DNA from: an uncultured Lachnospiraceae bacterium
GTDB lineage: Bacteria > Bacillota > Clostridia > Lachnospirales > Lachnospiraceae
Length of the DNA stretch: 64,000 nucleotides
Direction: 5' to 3'
NCBI GenBank assembly: GCA_902788645.1
Contig: CADAKW010000001.1
Coordinates: 20,791 to 84,790, forward strand
Shown here: positions 1 to 11,671 of the stretch, in pieces
Layout: every line of letters begins with the position of its first letter
How positions within the stretch are numbered: position 1 is the first letter of the stretch
Program-made: the position numbers and the translations under genes
Notes under the pieces: model-generated
What the model saw: the letters and a program-made list of their open reading frames with translations, nothing else
Told to the model about the DNA's origin: nothing
Database searches by the model: none

Positions 1-23
1 GTTTCTGACAGATATGGAAAAAT

Positions 24-65
24 CGAACATATGTACTTGAAAAACGAAATAAAACATGCTATGAT
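24..65 (+). promoter_or_regulatory. sigA promoter of uvrA with overlapping LexA (Cheo/SOS) box
   Basis: CGAACATATGTACT (24-37) is close to the Firmicute LexA consensus CGAAC-N4-GTTCG; -35 TTGAAA (37-42), 17-bp spacer, extended -10 TGcTATGAT (57-65). Confidence 0.8.
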
Positions 66-146
66 ATCGTAATCAGAAACAAAATGGAAATGTTTATGAC
101 TTGTATCGGGATGCTTGGGACATCCGGCAGAAAGGCATGGTTTATT

Positions 147-3002
147 ATGGCAAAGCATGAAGAGTTAAAAAAATATATAAAGATCCGCAAGGCGGCAGAG
201 CACAATCTCAAGGAGATCGATCTGGATGTGCCGAGAGACGAGTTTGTTGTGTTTACAGGACTCAGTGGTTCCGGAAAGTCCTCTCTGGCGTTTGATACGA
301 TCTATGCAGAGGGACAGCGTCGTTACATGGAGTCGCTGTCTTCTTATGCGCGTCAGTTTCTGGGACAGATGGAGAAGCCGAATGTAGATTCCATTGAGGG
401 ACTGCCACCGGCCATTTCCATTGACCAGAAGTCTACGAACCGCAATCCCAGATCTACCGTGGGTACAGTGACAGAGATTTACGATTATTATCGTTTGTTA
501 TATGCCCGGATCGGTATTCCACACTGTCCGAAGTGCGGTAAGGAGATTTATGCACAGACGGTGGATCAGATGGCAGACGAGATCATGGAGCTGCCGGAGG
601 GTACCAGGATCCAGCTTCTTGCTCCTGTTGTGCGGGGACGGAAGGGGCAGCATGTCAAGGTGTTTGAATCTGCCCGCAAGAGCGGCTATGTACGTGTCGT
701 TGTAGATGGCCACTTATATGAATTATCTGAGGAGATATCCCTTGAGAAAAATAAAAAGCATAATATAGAGGTTATGGTGGATCGTCTTGTGGTGAGAGAG
801 GGGATCCAGAAGCGTCTTGTGGATTCCATCGAGAATGTACTCAAGCTGTCAGATGGTCTGATGATCGTTGACATTCCGGGAGGAGAGCAGTTGAGCTTCA
901 GTCAGAGTTTTTCCTGTCCGGATTGCGGGATCAGCATTGATGAGCTGGAGCCGAGAACCTTTTCCTTCAATAATCCTTTTGGTGCCTGTCCGGTCTGTCA
1001 CGGTATCGGTGTAAAGATGGAGTTTGATGAGGCACTGATGGTCCCGGATCCGTCCCTGAGTCTGGCAGATGGCGCATTGGTGGTGAATGGCTGGCAGTCC
1101 GCAAAGGATACCGGCAGCTATTGCAGATGTATTCTGGATGCTCTGGCAGATTCTTATGGCTTTGATATCAATACTCCGTATGAGGAGCTTCCGGAGGAGA
1201 TCCGTCATATGCTGATGCACGGCACCGATGGCAGAGTGGTCAAGGTGAAGTACCGGGGGCAGAGAGGTGTCGGAGTATATGATGTGGCATTTGAGGGTGT
1301 GATCAAAAATGTCCAGAGACGATACAGAGAATGTGGCTCTGAGCGCATGAAGAAGGAATATGAGAGCTTTATGCGGATCACGCCATGTGCAGAGTGTGGC
1401 GGCAAACGTCTGAAGCCGGAGGCTCTGGCAGTCACTGTCGGAGACAAAAATATCGCCGAGGTGACAGAGCTTTCTATCAGCAAGCTGATGGATTTTATGC
1501 AGGGACTGGAGCTGACACCACACCAGCTTGCCATCGGAAAGCTGGTACTGCGGGAGATCAAGGCACGTCTGCAGTTTCTGCTGGATGTGGGTCTTGAGTA
1601 TCTGACGCTGGCGAGAGCCACAGGCTCACTGTCCGGTGGAGAGGCGCAGCGCATCCGTCTTGCGACACAGATCGGTTCCGGTCTGGTAGGTGTGGCATAT
1701 ATATTGGATGAGCCGAGTATCGGTCTTCACCAGAGAGACAATGACAAACTGATCCAGACTTTGAAAAAGCTCAAGGATCTGGGCAATACATTGATCGTGG
1801 TGGAGCATGATGAGGATACCATGTATGCAGCGGACTATATTGTGGATATCGGTCCGGGAGCAGGCACTCACGGCGGTGAGGTGGTTGCTGCCGGCAGCGT
1901 CAAGGATATCATGAAGTGTAAGGAATCTGTGACCGGAGCATATCTGAGCGGACGGATACGGATCCCGGTGCCGTCCGAGCGGAGAGAACCGACGGGCTGG
2001 ATCACTGTCCGGGGAGCCAGAGAAAACAATCTCAAAAATATTGATGTCTCATTCCCATTGGGTGTTATGACATGTGTAACCGGTGTATCCGGTTCAGGAA
2101 AGAGTTCTCTGGTCAATGAGATCCTGTATAAGGAGCTTGCAAGAAAGCTGAACCGTGCCCGTTTTATTCCGGGAAAGCATGACTGTGTTGAGGGACTGGA
2201 GCAGCTTGATAAGGTGATCAATATTGACCAGTCACCGATCGGCAGGACACCAAGATCCAATCCTGCCACGTATACAGGAGTATTTGATATGATCCGTGAT
2301 CTCTTTGCATCCACACAGGAGGCAAAGGCGAGAGGCTACAAGAAGGGACGTTTCAGCTTCAATGTCAAGGGTGGACGTTGTGAGGCTTGTCAGGGAGACG
2401 GTATCATCAAGATCGAGATGAATTTCCTGCCGGATATCTATGTGCCATGTGAGGTCTGTGATGGCAAGAGATATAACCGGGAGACGCTGGATGTAAAGTA
2501 TAAAGGCAAGAATATCTTCGAGGTACTTGATATGACTGTGGAGGAGGCATTGGGATTTTTTGAACCGATCCCTTCTATCTACCGTAAGATCAAGACATTA
2601 TATGATGTGGGACTTTCTTATGTGAAGCTGGGACAGCCGTCTACGACATTGTCCGGAGGTGAGGCACAGCGTATTAAGCTTGCCACAGAGCTGAGCCGCA
2701 GAAGTACCGGCAAGACAGTATATGTGTTGGACGAGCCAACGACAGGTCTTCATTTTGCGGATGTCCACAAGCTGATCGATATCCTTCATCGTTTGGCGGA
2801 AGGTGGCAATACGGTCATTGTCATTGAGCATAATCTGGATGTGATCAAGACGGCGGACTATATTATTGATATCGGCCCGGAGGGCGGAGACCGGGGAGGT
2901 ACTGTGATCGCCCAGGGTACACCGGAGGAGGTGGCAAAGATGCCGCAGTCATATACGGGATACTATATTCAGAAGATGATCGATAAAGACCGGAAGAAAT
3001 AA
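147..3002 (+). CDS. uvrA: Excinuclease ABC subunit A
   Basis: Two Walker A motifs ([16 protein letters not shown]), two LSGGEAQR signatures, CxxC zinc fingers; likely start ATG 147 (ORF opens at 84). Confidence 0.99.
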   Translation: MAKHEELKKYIKIRKAAEHNLKEIDLDVPRDEFVVFTGLSGSGKSSLAFDTIYAEGQRRYMESLSSYARQFLGQMEKPNVDSIEGLPPAISIDQKSTNRNPRSTVGTVTEIYDYYRLLYARIGIPHCPKCGKEIYAQTVDQMADEIMELPEGTRIQLLAPVVRGRKGQHVKVFESARKSGYVRVVVDGHLYELSEEISLEKNKKHNIEVMVDRLVVREGIQKRLVDSIENVLKLSDGLMIVDIPGGEQLSFSQSFSCPDCGISIDELEPRTFSFNNPFGACPVCHGIGVKMEFDEALMVPDPSLSLADGALVVNGWQSAKDTGSYCRCILDALADSYGFDINTPYEELPEEIRHMLMHGTDGRVVKVKYRGQRGVGVYDVAFEGVIKNVQRRYRECGSERMKKEYESFMRITPCAECGGKRLKPEALAVTVGDKNIAEVTELSISKLMDFMQGLELTPHQLAIGKLVLREIKARLQFLLDVGLEYLTLARATGSLSGGEAQRIRLATQIGSGLVGVAYILDEPSIGLHQRDNDKLIQTLKKLKDLGNTLIVVEHDEDTMYAADYIVDIGPGAGTHGGEVVAAGSVKDIMKCKESVTGAYLSGRIRIPVPSERREPTGWITVRGARENNLKNIDVSFPLGVMTCVTGVSGSGKSSLVNEILYKELARKLNRARFIPGKHDCVEGLEQLDKVINIDQSPIGRTPRSNPATYTGVFDMIRDLFASTQEAKARGYKKGRFSFNVKGGRCEACQGDGIIKIEMNFLPDIYVPCEVCDGKRYNRETLDVKYKGKNIFEVLDMTVEEALGFFEPIPSIYRKIKTLYDVGLSYVKLGQPSTTLSGGEAQRIKLATELSRRSTGKTVYVLDEPTTGLHFADVHKLIDILHRLAEGGNTVIVIEHNLDVIKTADYIIDIGPEGGDRGGTVIAQGTPEEVAKMPQSYTGYYIQKMIDKDRKK

Positions 3003-3087
3003 CGGAGATACAACAGAGACAACTTATAATGCATGGTCCGGCTGGCAAGAGCCGGGGATGCCGGCTGGATCGCGAAGGAGGGTATAA

Positions 3088-3672
3088 ATGGAATCAGAAA
3101 ATACTTTTTTTGCCATGATGGCAAGGATGAAATTTATCAACCGCTGGGCATTGATGCGCAATTCTTATGAGGAAAATATCAGTGAGCATTCCATGGAGGT
3201 GGCAATGATCGCCCATGCGCTGGCGATCATTGGCAATAAACGTCTGGGACGGCAGTATCCGGCAGAAAAGATTGCCATGATCGGTTTGTATCACGACTGC
3301 ACAGAGATCATTACAGGGGATATGCCGACCCCGATCAAGTATAAAAATGACAAGATACAGGAGGCATATAAGGAGATTGAGGCAGGGGCAGCAAGGCGTC
3401 TTCTGCAGCGGCTGCCGGAGGATCTGAGAGATGCCTATGAACCGTATCTTCTGGAAACGGAGATGAAAGAGGAGGAGCGGCGTCTGGTAAAGGCTGCTGA
3501 CAAGCTTTCTGCACTGATCAAATGTATCGAGGAGCAGAAGGCGGGCAATCAGGAGTTTCTGAAAGCGAAGGAAACACTGCAGAATGCGGTGGAGGCATTG
3601 GAGTGTCCGGAAGCAGATATATTCTGCCGGGAGTTTCTGCCCCATTATTATAAGACTTTGGACGAATTGTAG
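3088..3672 (+). CDS. yfbR: HD-domain 5'-deoxynucleotidase (YfbR-like)
   Basis: RW..MRN..ENISEHS, LYHD..EIITGDMPTPIKY, KAADKLSA motifs. Confidence 0.88.
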   Translation: MESENTFFAMMARMKFINRWALMRNSYEENISEHSMEVAMIAHALAIIGNKRLGRQYPAEKIAMIGLYHDCTEIITGDMPTPIKYKNDKIQEAYKEIEAGAARRLLQRLPEDLRDAYEPYLLETEMKEEERRLVKAADKLSALIKCIEEQKAGNQEFLKAKETLQNAVEALECPEADIFCREFLPHYYKTLDEL

Positions 3673-3759
3673 GTTGCGGGATCTGCTCTTGTATGCTAAA
3701 ATTAAATTATCTATCTGGAATTTCAGGTATAACAGCAACAGTGAGTGGAGACGAAGAAC

Positions 3760-4527
3760 ATGAGTGAAAAGCCATATAATGAAAATGCCTATAACGGATT
3801 TGCTTATTGTTACGATCTTTTTATGGATAATATTCCGTATGACATGTGGGCAGAGTATCTTCATGGGCTCCTTCAGGAGTATGGGATCACAGGAGGCACA
3901 CTGCTGGAGCTGGGATGTGGTACGGGAACCATGACAGAGCGCATGAGGTCAAAGGGCTATGACAGTATCATTGGACTGGACTGCTCGGAAGATATGCTTA
4001 TGGTAGCAAGGGACAAGGATATCCCGGATGTGTTGCTGATACAGCAGGACATGAGAGAGCTGGATCTGCCATATCAGGTGGATGCGGTTTACTGCGTGTG
4101 TGATGGAATGAACTATTTATTGGAACCACAGGACCTGCAGAGGGTGTTTACCAGAGTAAAGCACTTTCTGAAAGCCGGTGGTGTTTTTGTATTTGACATG
4201 AAAACCAGACATTTCTATCAGGATGTGCTGGGAAACCGCATGATCGCAGAGAACCGGGATGATGCCAGTTTTCTGTGGGAAAATGAGTATCATGAGGATA
4301 CGGGGATCAATGAGTATCTTCTGACGGTATATCAACTGGAGGATGAGGAAAGAGATCTGTTTTCCCGCTGCGATGAGCTGCACTATCAGAGGGCATATGA
4401 TCCGGATGAGGTCCGGCACCTGATCCGGGAAAGCGGACTGGAGTGTTGCGAGACCTATGAGGCGTTTACAAGGAGGCCTGCGGGACCGGAGAATGAACGG
4501 GTTTATTTTGTAGTTAAAAATAAATGA
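3760..4527 (+). CDS. Class I SAM-dependent methyltransferase
   Basis: LELGCGTG motif I, GLDCSEDML, QQDMREL, GGVFVFD; start at ATG 3760 or GTG 3745. Confidence 0.9.
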   Translation: MSEKPYNENAYNGFAYCYDLFMDNIPYDMWAEYLHGLLQEYGITGGTLLELGCGTGTMTERMRSKGYDSIIGLDCSEDMLMVARDKDIPDVLLIQQDMRELDLPYQVDAVYCVCDGMNYLLEPQDLQRVFTRVKHFLKAGGVFVFDMKTRHFYQDVLGNRMIAENRDDASFLWENEYHEDTGINEYLLTVYQLEDEERDLFSRCDELHYQRAYDPDEVRHLIRESGLECCETYEAFTRRPAGPENERVYFVVKNK

Positions 4528-4601
4528 TTTACGTATGATAGAGTTGTTTGGGATTTAATAATATTTCTGTGTTATGCAGAAGGTGACAGGAGTGAAGAAA
4601 G

Positions 4602-5480
4602 ATGGCAGAGAGTAAGGATTATATCGTGAGAGCAACTGCAGCAGGACAGCAGCTTCGTGTATTTGCATGTACCACAGGAGGGCTTGTGGAGAAGGCACGG
4701 GAGATTCATGACCTGAGTCCGGTGGCAGCAGCGGCATTGGGAAGACTGCTTACCGCAGGAAGTATGATGGGCTGTATGATGAAGGGAGATAAGGATGTGC
4801 TGACACTTCAGATCGAGTGTGGCGGTCCTATTGGCGGCATTACGGTGACGGCTGATTCCGCAGCCAATGTTAAGGGATATGTAAAGAATCCACAGGTAAT
4901 GCTTCCTCCGAACAGTAAAGGTAAGCTGGATGTTTCGGGAGCAGTTGGACCGGGCTTTTTGAATGTGATCCGTGATATCGGCATGAAAGAGCCATATAAC
5001 GGTCAGACACATCTGGTATCCGGAGAGATCGCAGAAGATCTGACATATTATTATGCTGCCAGTGAGCAGGTGCCTTCCTCCGTGGGACTTGGAGTGCTGA
5101 TGGAGAAAGATAACCATGTGAAGCAGGCGGGAGGATTTATCATTCAGGTTATGCCAAATGCAGATGATGCCGTGATCGACCGTCTGGAAAAGCGTCTGGG
5201 AGAGGTTGATTCGGTGACAAAGCTTTTGGAGCAGGGCATGACACCGGAGGATATTATCCGATATCTGATGGATGGAATGGATATTGATTTTCTCGATACA
5301 ATTCCGACACAGTATCACTGTAATTGTTCCAGAGAGCGGGTATCCCGTGCAATTGCAAGCATAGGGAGAAAGGATCTGCAGGAGATGATCGATGCCGGTG
5401 AGCCGGTGGAGGTTAATTGTGATTTCTGTGGTTCTCATTATTTATTTGATACAGAGGATTTAAAGCAGATGCTGAAGTAA
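4602..5480 (+). CDS. hslO: Hsp33 redox-regulated chaperone
   Basis: AAAALGRLLTA, SGEIAEDLTYY..SEQVPS, C-terminal CNCS...CDFC zinc motif. Confidence 0.97.
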   Translation: MAESKDYIVRATAAGQQLRVFACTTGGLVEKAREIHDLSPVAAAALGRLLTAGSMMGCMMKGDKDVLTLQIECGGPIGGITVTADSAANVKGYVKNPQVMLPPNSKGKLDVSGAVGPGFLNVIRDIGMKEPYNGQTHLVSGEIAEDLTYYYAASEQVPSSVGLGVLMEKDNHVKQAGGFIIQVMPNADDAVIDRLEKRLGEVDSVTKLLEQGMTPEDIIRYLMDGMDIDFLDTIPTQYHCNCSRERVSRAIASIGRKDLQEMIDAGEPVEVNCDFCGSHYLFDTEDLKQMLK

Positions 5481-5483
5481 GAA

Positions 5484-7748
5484 ATGAGGGAGAAAATGGA
5501 CAGAAGGTATAAAGGATTGATCATTGCCGGCATGTTTTTGCTGGGTGTCGTTGTATTCTGCAAGGTACAGCAGAGAGGCGGCATTACATATGCTACTGCT
5601 GTTGGTACGGTGCGTACCGGAAAAAGCCTTAATGTCCGGAAGGGACCGGGGACCGGTTATGCCTGTCTGAAAAACGGCAGCACAACGGTAAGTCTGAAGA
5701 ACGAGGAGCAGGTTACGATTCTGGCACAGAATAAAAAATGGTATAAGATCCGTTTGAAAAAGCAGTCCAAGAAGCTGGTGGGATATGTTCCCATGAAGAA
5801 TCTCGCTGTGATGAGCGGTGACATGGATTCTGAGGTATATGGAACAGCATATCCTTCTGCTGTGCTGGTCCGGAGCAGAGCTGTTCGAAGCGGAAGTCTT
5901 ATGAGGGTAGACGGAGCAGCTGTACGTTTATCCAAGAATAAAAAGGTCCGGATCCTTTCAGAATCAACAATGTACGGTGTAAAGTATTATAAATTATCTT
6001 TTACTTATAGTGGAGAGAAAACGGAAGGATATGTGCCTGCAGACTCTATCAGGGCAGACTATCAGTCGGCAATGCCGGGCGTGATCTCGACCTCAAGACA
6101 GGTCACATTAAGGAAAACAGCAGGTGCAACAGAGATTGTGAAGGCAGAAGGTAATCCGATCATCATGAAAAATGGGACAGAGGTTCTGATGCTTTCCGAG
6201 AAGATTGCTTCCGGTGTGAAGTATATTTGTGTAGATGTTACATACAACAAGAAGGTCTATCGAGGGTATGTGGCTGCCAATCTGGTTCGTTTCAAGACAG
6301 TTCCTGTAGAGGATGTAGTCAACGGCGAGCAGGAAAATCTTTTTGTGGAAAAGACAACTCCGGCACCGACAAAGACACCGGAACCGGAAAGTACAGCAGC
6401 GCCATCTTCGAACGGGGCAGATAACAATACAGGAAGCACAACGGTTCTTACTGACAAAGAGTTTAAACAGGAAATGATCAAGCAGGGCTTCCCAAGCAGC
6501 TATATCGAGGCGTTGCAGGTTTTGCATGAGAAGTATCCAAAGTGGACATTTAAAGCTTATCAGACGGGAATTGACTGGTCTACAGCAGTAGATAATGAAG
6601 GAAAAGTAGGACTCAACCTGATCTCCAATAGCAAATCCAGCGATTGGAAATCACAGGAAGAGGGAGCATATAATGCAGCTACGGGAACCTATATACCGTT
6701 TGACGGTTCAAGCTGGGTAACGGCATCGGAAAAAGCAGTACGTTACTATATGGATCCGAGAAATTTCCTGACGGAAAGTGGTATTTTCCAGTTTGAGAGT
6801 CTGGAATACCAGAAGGATACCCAGAATCAGAACGGTGTAGAAAATGTATTAAAAAATACTCCGATGTATAAAGCGTCCTATGAGTATACTGACGATACCG
6901 GAAAGTCAGTAACAACGACATATTCCAATACATTTATGGATGCGGCGGCCCTTTCCGGTGTGAGCCCGTATCATCTGGCATCCCGGGTGAAGCAGGAGGT
7001 TGTAACAGGTCCGACAAGCATGAGTTCTTCGGTATCAGGTACGGTGAAGGGCTATGAGGGCATTTACAATTTCTATAATATTGGTGCTAATAACAGTACA
7101 AAAGCCGGTGGCGCTGTGGCAAACGGTCTTGCATGGGCCAATAAGGATACAACATACATGCGTCCTTGGACCACACAGTATAAGGCAATTGTTGGTGGTG
7201 CGCAGTATTTGGGAAGCAATTACATCAATATCGGACAAAATACATTATATCTGCAGAAGTTTAATGTGACAGCAAACAATACATATAACCATCAGTATAT
7301 GTCAAATATTGAGGCTCCGTGGAGCGAGGCGTTAAAGACGGCAGAGGCGTACGGAATAGATAAGGCAGATATGAGTCTTGTATTTTCAATCCCTGTATAT
7401 TCCGGCATGCCATCCGTAGTATGTCCGAGTCCATCCGGGGAAGCACAGCAGGAGGTAAAGACGGTTAGTACCAATAATTATCTCAAGTCTTTGTCCGTTA
7501 AAGGCTATTCCTTTCAGTCACCGTTTAAATCGGGAGATGACGGACATGAGACATACAGCCTGAAAGTAAAAAAGAGTGTCAGATCGATCCGTATTAATGC
7601 CAGTCCTGTCAGCACAACCGCGAAGGTATCAGGAAACGGAAAAAAGAAGCTTGCCGCAAAAGTAAAAACAAAAACATATGTTGTAAAGGTGAAAGCGGAA
7701 AGTGGAGATGTCAGAAAATATAAGATAAAGGTAAATCGTAAAAAATAA
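5484..7748 (+). CDS. Exported cell-wall hydrolase: SH3-like repeats, glucosaminidase-like domain, C-terminal cadherin-like beta sandwich
   Basis: N-terminal hydrophobic segment; LNVRKGPGTGY SH3b motif; YYMDPRNFL, YNFYNIGA, GQNTLYLQKFNV, HQYMSNI; Pro/Thr linker. Confidence 0.8.
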   Translation: MREKMDRRYKGLIIAGMFLLGVVVFCKVQQRGGITYATAVGTVRTGKSLNVRKGPGTGYACLKNGSTTVSLKNEEQVTILAQNKKWYKIRLKKQSKKLVGYVPMKNLAVMSGDMDSEVYGTAYPSAVLVRSRAVRSGSLMRVDGAAVRLSKNKKVRILSESTMYGVKYYKLSFTYSGEKTEGYVPADSIRADYQSAMPGVISTSRQVTLRKTAGATEIVKAEGNPIIMKNGTEVLMLSEKIASGVKYICVDVTYNKKVYRGYVAANLVRFKTVPVEDVVNGEQENLFVEKTTPAPTKTPEPESTAAPSSNGADNNTGSTTVLTDKEFKQEMIKQGFPSSYIEALQVLHEKYPKWTFKAYQTGIDWSTAVDNEGKVGLNLISNSKSSDWKSQEEGAYNAATGTYIPFDGSSWVTASEKAVRYYMDPRNFLTESGIFQFESLEYQKDTQNQNGVENVLKNTPMYKASYEYTDDTGKSVTTTYSNTFMDAAALSGVSPYHLASRVKQEVVTGPTSMSSSVSGTVKGYEGIYNFYNIGANNSTKAGGAVANGLAWANKDTTYMRPWTTQYKAIVGGAQYLGSNYINIGQNTLYLQKFNVTANNTYNHQYMSNIEAPWSEALKTAEAYGIDKADMSLVFSIPVYSGMPSVVCPSPSGEAQQEVKTVSTNNYLKSLSVKGYSFQSPFKSGDDGHETYSLKVKKSVRSIRINASPVSTTAKVSGNGKKKLAAKVKTKTYVVKVKAESGDVRKYKIKVNRKK

Positions 7749-7787
7749 ATTTGATCTCTATAAATGGGAATGATAAGGAGTGCAGTG

Positions 7788-8723
7788 ATGAAGGGCAGAT
7801 TCAGAAAATATTGTTTTATATTGTTTCTGGTATTTGCCTGCAGCTGCTTTCAGAAACAGGACAGCCGGGCTGCTGTTGCACAGATTACGATTCAAAAGTC
7901 ACAGCAGGATATTGTCAAAGGCGACACTTTTTATGTGATAGTTACCGTAACCTCTGATGAAGAGATCAATGGTTTTGAGGGATATTTTTCTTATAACCAG
8001 AATGTCATGCAGTTTATCACCGGAGGAAGCGTTGCCAGTGGCAATGATGATGAAATACACATCAAGGATCTGGACAGAGAGACGGGGATCCGGAAGATAA
8101 AATATTCTCTGCAGTTCCGTGCCAGAAAAGCAGGGACAAGTTCTGTGGCACTGAAACGATACCGCCAGATAAAAAAGGCGGAGGAAGATACAAAACTGTC
8201 CGTAGGGTCAGCTTCTTTGGAGATTGAAGTAATCTCCTCCAAAGAGTATCAGACCAAAATACAAAGACAGGAAAGACAACAGGGGCTTCAACAGACGGAG
8301 GAGGAACCGGTGGAGTCTCCTGTGGCTTCTATGCCGGCAGGGGATGTGGCGGATCACACCTCAGATATGACGGCACACGACGATGCTGCTGACGGAGACA
8401 ATGCTCTTCAAACGGAGGATGTAACGTCGGAAAAGACAGAGCTTCCGGAGAAACCGGAGGGCCTGAACAGAAAGATTTATCTGATCATCCTTTCACTCGC
8501 TGTCATAGGCTTTGTGATCGTTGTGTCATTACTTGTCAATGCTTTAAAAGAGGCAGGGGCTGAAGAGCCGGAGGAAACAGAAGGGACAGAAGCTTTGGAG
8601 AGAACGGATCAGAATATCATTCCGGAGGTTTGGGATGATCCGGATCCGGCAGGTCAGGAGAAAAGATTAGACGAGATAGAAAAGCGGCTGGAGGAAAAAC
8701 GCCGCTGGCTGAGAAAAGAGTAA
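7788..8723 (+). CDS. Membrane-anchored cohesin-like domain protein
   Basis: Signal-like N-terminus, VKGDTFYVIVTV...GFEGYFSYN beta-sandwich pattern, acidic linker, C-terminal TM helix; ORF opens at 7764. Confidence 0.6.
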   Translation: MKGRFRKYCFILFLVFACSCFQKQDSRAAVAQITIQKSQQDIVKGDTFYVIVTVTSDEEINGFEGYFSYNQNVMQFITGGSVASGNDDEIHIKDLDRETGIRKIKYSLQFRARKAGTSSVALKRYRQIKKAEEDTKLSVGSASLEIEVISSKEYQTKIQRQERQQGLQQTEEEPVESPVASMPAGDVADHTSDMTAHDDAADGDNALQTEDVTSEKTELPEKPEGLNRKIYLIILSLAVIGFVIVVSLLVNALKEAGAEEPEETEGTEALERTDQNIIPEVWDDPDPAGQEKRLDEIEKRLEEKRRWLRKE

Positions 8724-8739
8724 TGGAGGACTTAAAAGG

Positions 8740-11181
8740 ATGCGAAATCGTTTTACAAAAAAGGCTCAGAAGGTGCTAAATGACGCACAGGATATAGCAA
8801 AAGAGCTGGGGCACAATTATGTTGGCACAGAGCATCTTCTGGTGGCACTGATCCGTGATTCGGGAGTGGCATCAGAGGTACTTCGTGCCAATGGTGTCGA
8901 GGAGCAGAAGATATTAGATCTGATCGATGAAACAATTTCAAGTGAATCAGGAGTTTTAGTGGCGGATGAGGGGCGTTTCACTCCAAGGACGCAAAAGATC
9001 TTAAATGCGGCAAGGGAAGAGGCAGACAGGCTTGGAATTTCAGAAGCAGGTACGGAGCATCTGTTGATCGCTGTGCTGAAAGAGACAGATTGTATTGCAG
9101 TACGTCTGCTCAACACAAAAGGGATCAATGTACAGAAGCTGTATGTTGATGCATTGACGGCATCCGGTCAGGATATGAATACGGCCAAGAATGAATATAT
9201 GAAGCAGAAAAGCCGCAAAAATAAATCAGCAACACCGGTATTAGACCAATACAGCAGAGATCTGACGGCATTAGCCAGAGAGGGAAAACTTGATCCGGTG
9301 ATCGGAAGGGAGCGGGAGATTGAACGCATTATCCAGATCCTCAGCCGACGTACCAAAAACAACCCATGTCTGATCGGAGAACCGGGCGTAGGTAAAACGG
9401 CTGTAGTAGAGGGACTTGCCCAGAAGATCATATCGGAGGACATTCCGGAGCTTCTGTCAGGAAAGAGAGTACTCACTTTGGATCTGTCAGGGATGGTGGC
9501 CGGTTCCAAGTATCGTGGTGAATTTGAGGAACGGATCAAGAGATCCCTCAAGGAAGTTATGCAGAGCGGCAATATTCTGTTGTTTATTGATGAGATCCAT
9601 ACGATCATCGGGGCGGGTGGAGCTGAGGGGGCCATTGATGCGGCCAACATTTTGAAACCGTCTCTGGCCAGAGGAGAAATCCAGTTGATCGGAGCTACCA
9701 CCAGAGAGGAATATCGCAAATATATTGAGAAGGATGCAGCACTGGAACGTCGTTTTCAGTCAGTTGTTGTGGAGGAACCTACGGAGGAGGAGTCCATTGA
9801 GATCCTGCGGGGACTTGCGCCAAGATATGAGGAGCATCATCATGTAAAGATCACAGAGGGAGCGATCACAGGAGCTGTCAGGCTTGCAACGAGATATGTC
9901 AATGACCGTTTTCTGCCGGACAAGGCAATTGATGCGATTGATGAGGCATGCGCCAGAGCAGGACTCAAGAGATATATGATCTCACCGGAGCTTCGTGGTC
10001 TGGAGGAGGAGCAGGTACAGCTGGAAAAGGATAAGGAGCAGGCCATCCGGGACAAAGATTATGCCCATGCGGGAGAGATCAAGAGACAGCAGGAAGCGTT
10101 AGAGCAGAAGATCACCAGGATCCGAAATGCACAGGAAAAGCATAAGGATGCACAGGAGCTTTGTGTCACAGAAAACGAGATCGCGGCAGTGATCGCAGAC
10201 TGGACCAAGATTCCGGTGCAGCAGCTGCAGGAAGAGGAGATGGAACGGCTGAGACATCTGGAGGATATCCTTCATGAGAGAGTTGTTGGTCAGGAGGAAG
10301 CGGTAACAGCAGTTTCCAAAGCTGTCAGGAGAGGTCGTGTGGGTCTGAAGGATCCCAAACGTCCGATCGGTTCCTTTTTATTCCTGGGACCAACCGGTGT
10401 GGGAAAGACCGAGCTTTCCAAGGCACTGGCCGAAGCTGTCTTTGGCAAGGAAAATGATATTATCCGTGTTGATATGTCAGAATATATGGAGAAGCACAGT
10501 GTGTCCAAGATGATCGGATCACCGCCCGGATATGTGGGATATGAAGATGGAGGACAGTTAAGTGAAAAAGTACGCCGTCATCCGTATTCCGTGATCCTGT
10601 TTGATGAGATTGAGAAGGCTCACACGGACGTATTCAATATTCTCCTGCAGATTCTGGAGGATGGTCATGTTACCGATGCACAGGGACGTAAGGTCAGCTT
10701 CAAAAATACCATCATAATCATGACCTCCAATGCAGGAGCACAGAGGATCATCGAACCAAAGCATCTGGGCTTTGGAATGCAGGAGGATCCGGAGGCAGAC
10801 TATCATAAGATGAAAGACGGTGTGATGGAGGAGGTTAAAAAGATATTTAAGCCGGAGTTTATCAATCGTATTGATGAGATTCTGGTATTCCATACATTGA
10901 CACAGGAAAATATCCGGCAGATCGTAAAGATCATGTTGAAAACACTGAATAAGCGGACTGTGGCACAGATGAATCTTTCACTGGAAGTAACAGAGGAAGC
11001 TATTGCACATCTGGCAAAAAGCGGTTTTGATAAGAACTATGGAGCGCGTCCGGTGCGCCGTGCGATCCAGACACAATTGGAGGATAAGCTGGCCGATGAA
11101 CTGTTAGACGGGACCATAGCAGCAGGAGATCAGATCAAGGTAGATTGTGAAGATGAAAAGATCACATTTTCAAAGCTTTAA
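8740..11181 (+). CDS. clpC: ATP-dependent Clp protease ATP-binding subunit ClpC
   Basis: Clp_N repeats, GEPGVGKT and GPTGVGKT Walker A motifs, UVR-like coiled coil, [10 protein letters not shown]. Confidence 0.96.
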   Translation: MRNRFTKKAQKVLNDAQDIAKELGHNYVGTEHLLVALIRDSGVASEVLRANGVEEQKILDLIDETISSESGVLVADEGRFTPRTQKILNAAREEADRLGISEAGTEHLLIAVLKETDCIAVRLLNTKGINVQKLYVDALTASGQDMNTAKNEYMKQKSRKNKSATPVLDQYSRDLTALAREGKLDPVIGREREIERIIQILSRRTKNNPCLIGEPGVGKTAVVEGLAQKIISEDIPELLSGKRVLTLDLSGMVAGSKYRGEFEERIKRSLKEVMQSGNILLFIDEIHTIIGAGGAEGAIDAANILKPSLARGEIQLIGATTREEYRKYIEKDAALERRFQSVVVEEPTEEESIEILRGLAPRYEEHHHVKITEGAITGAVRLATRYVNDRFLPDKAIDAIDEACARAGLKRYMISPELRGLEEEQVQLEKDKEQAIRDKDYAHAGEIKRQQEALEQKITRIRNAQEKHKDAQELCVTENEIAAVIADWTKIPVQQLQEEEMERLRHLEDILHERVVGQEEAVTAVSKAVRRGRVGLKDPKRPIGSFLFLGPTGVGKTELSKALAEAVFGKENDIIRVDMSEYMEKHSVSKMIGSPPGYVGYEDGGQLSEKVRRHPYSVILFDEIEKAHTDVFNILLQILEDGHVTDAQGRKVSFKNTIIIMTSNAGAQRIIEPKHLGFGMQEDPEADYHKMKDGVMEEVKKIFKPEFINRIDEILVFHTLTQENIRQIVKIMLKTLNKRTVAQMNLSLEVTEEAIAHLAKSGFDKNYGARPVRRAIQTQLEDKLADELLDGTIAAGDQIKVDCEDEKITFSKL

Positions 11182-11254
11182 CAGTAGAAAAAAATAATGG
11201 TTTATGGTATGCTAGACATACGATAAAACCACAAAAATACGGGAGGATAATGAA

Positions 11255-11668
11255 ATGGCAGTGATTACAGAATTGATCCGCAAGGAGGCAGACGGCACAC
11301 TCAGCTTTGGTAATTTCGATTTCGATACCAAGCAGAAAAAGTCAGATTTTGAGTATGAGGGAGATCTGTACAAGATCAAAACTTTTAAAGAGATTACAAA
11401 GCTGGAAAGAAACGGAATGTTTGTCTATGAGTCTGTACCGGGAACCGTGGTAACCAATATGAAGAGTACAGAGGATCAGATCGAGTTCAATGTAGAAGGA
11501 TGGGAGGATTCTTCCATTACTCTGGAGTTGGAGCCGGAGACAGAGTACAAGGTATTTGTAGATGGAATTGATGTGGGCAGAATGAAAACAAATCTGGGAG
11601 GCAAGCTCAATGTCAGTGTAGAGCTGAATCCGGAACAGACATCACAGATCAAGGTGAAAAAGTTATAA
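11255..11668 (+). CDS. Conserved hypothetical beta-rich protein between clpC and radA
   Basis: 137-aa ORF with GGAGG RBS, no catalytic motif recognised. Confidence 0.7.
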   Translation: MAVITELIRKEADGTLSFGNFDFDTKQKKSDFEYEGDLYKIKTFKEITKLERNGMFVYESVPGTVVTNMKSTEDQIEFNVEGWEDSSITLELEPETEYKVFVDGIDVGRMKTNLGGKLNVSVELNPEQTSQIKVKKL

Positions 11669-11671
11669 TTT

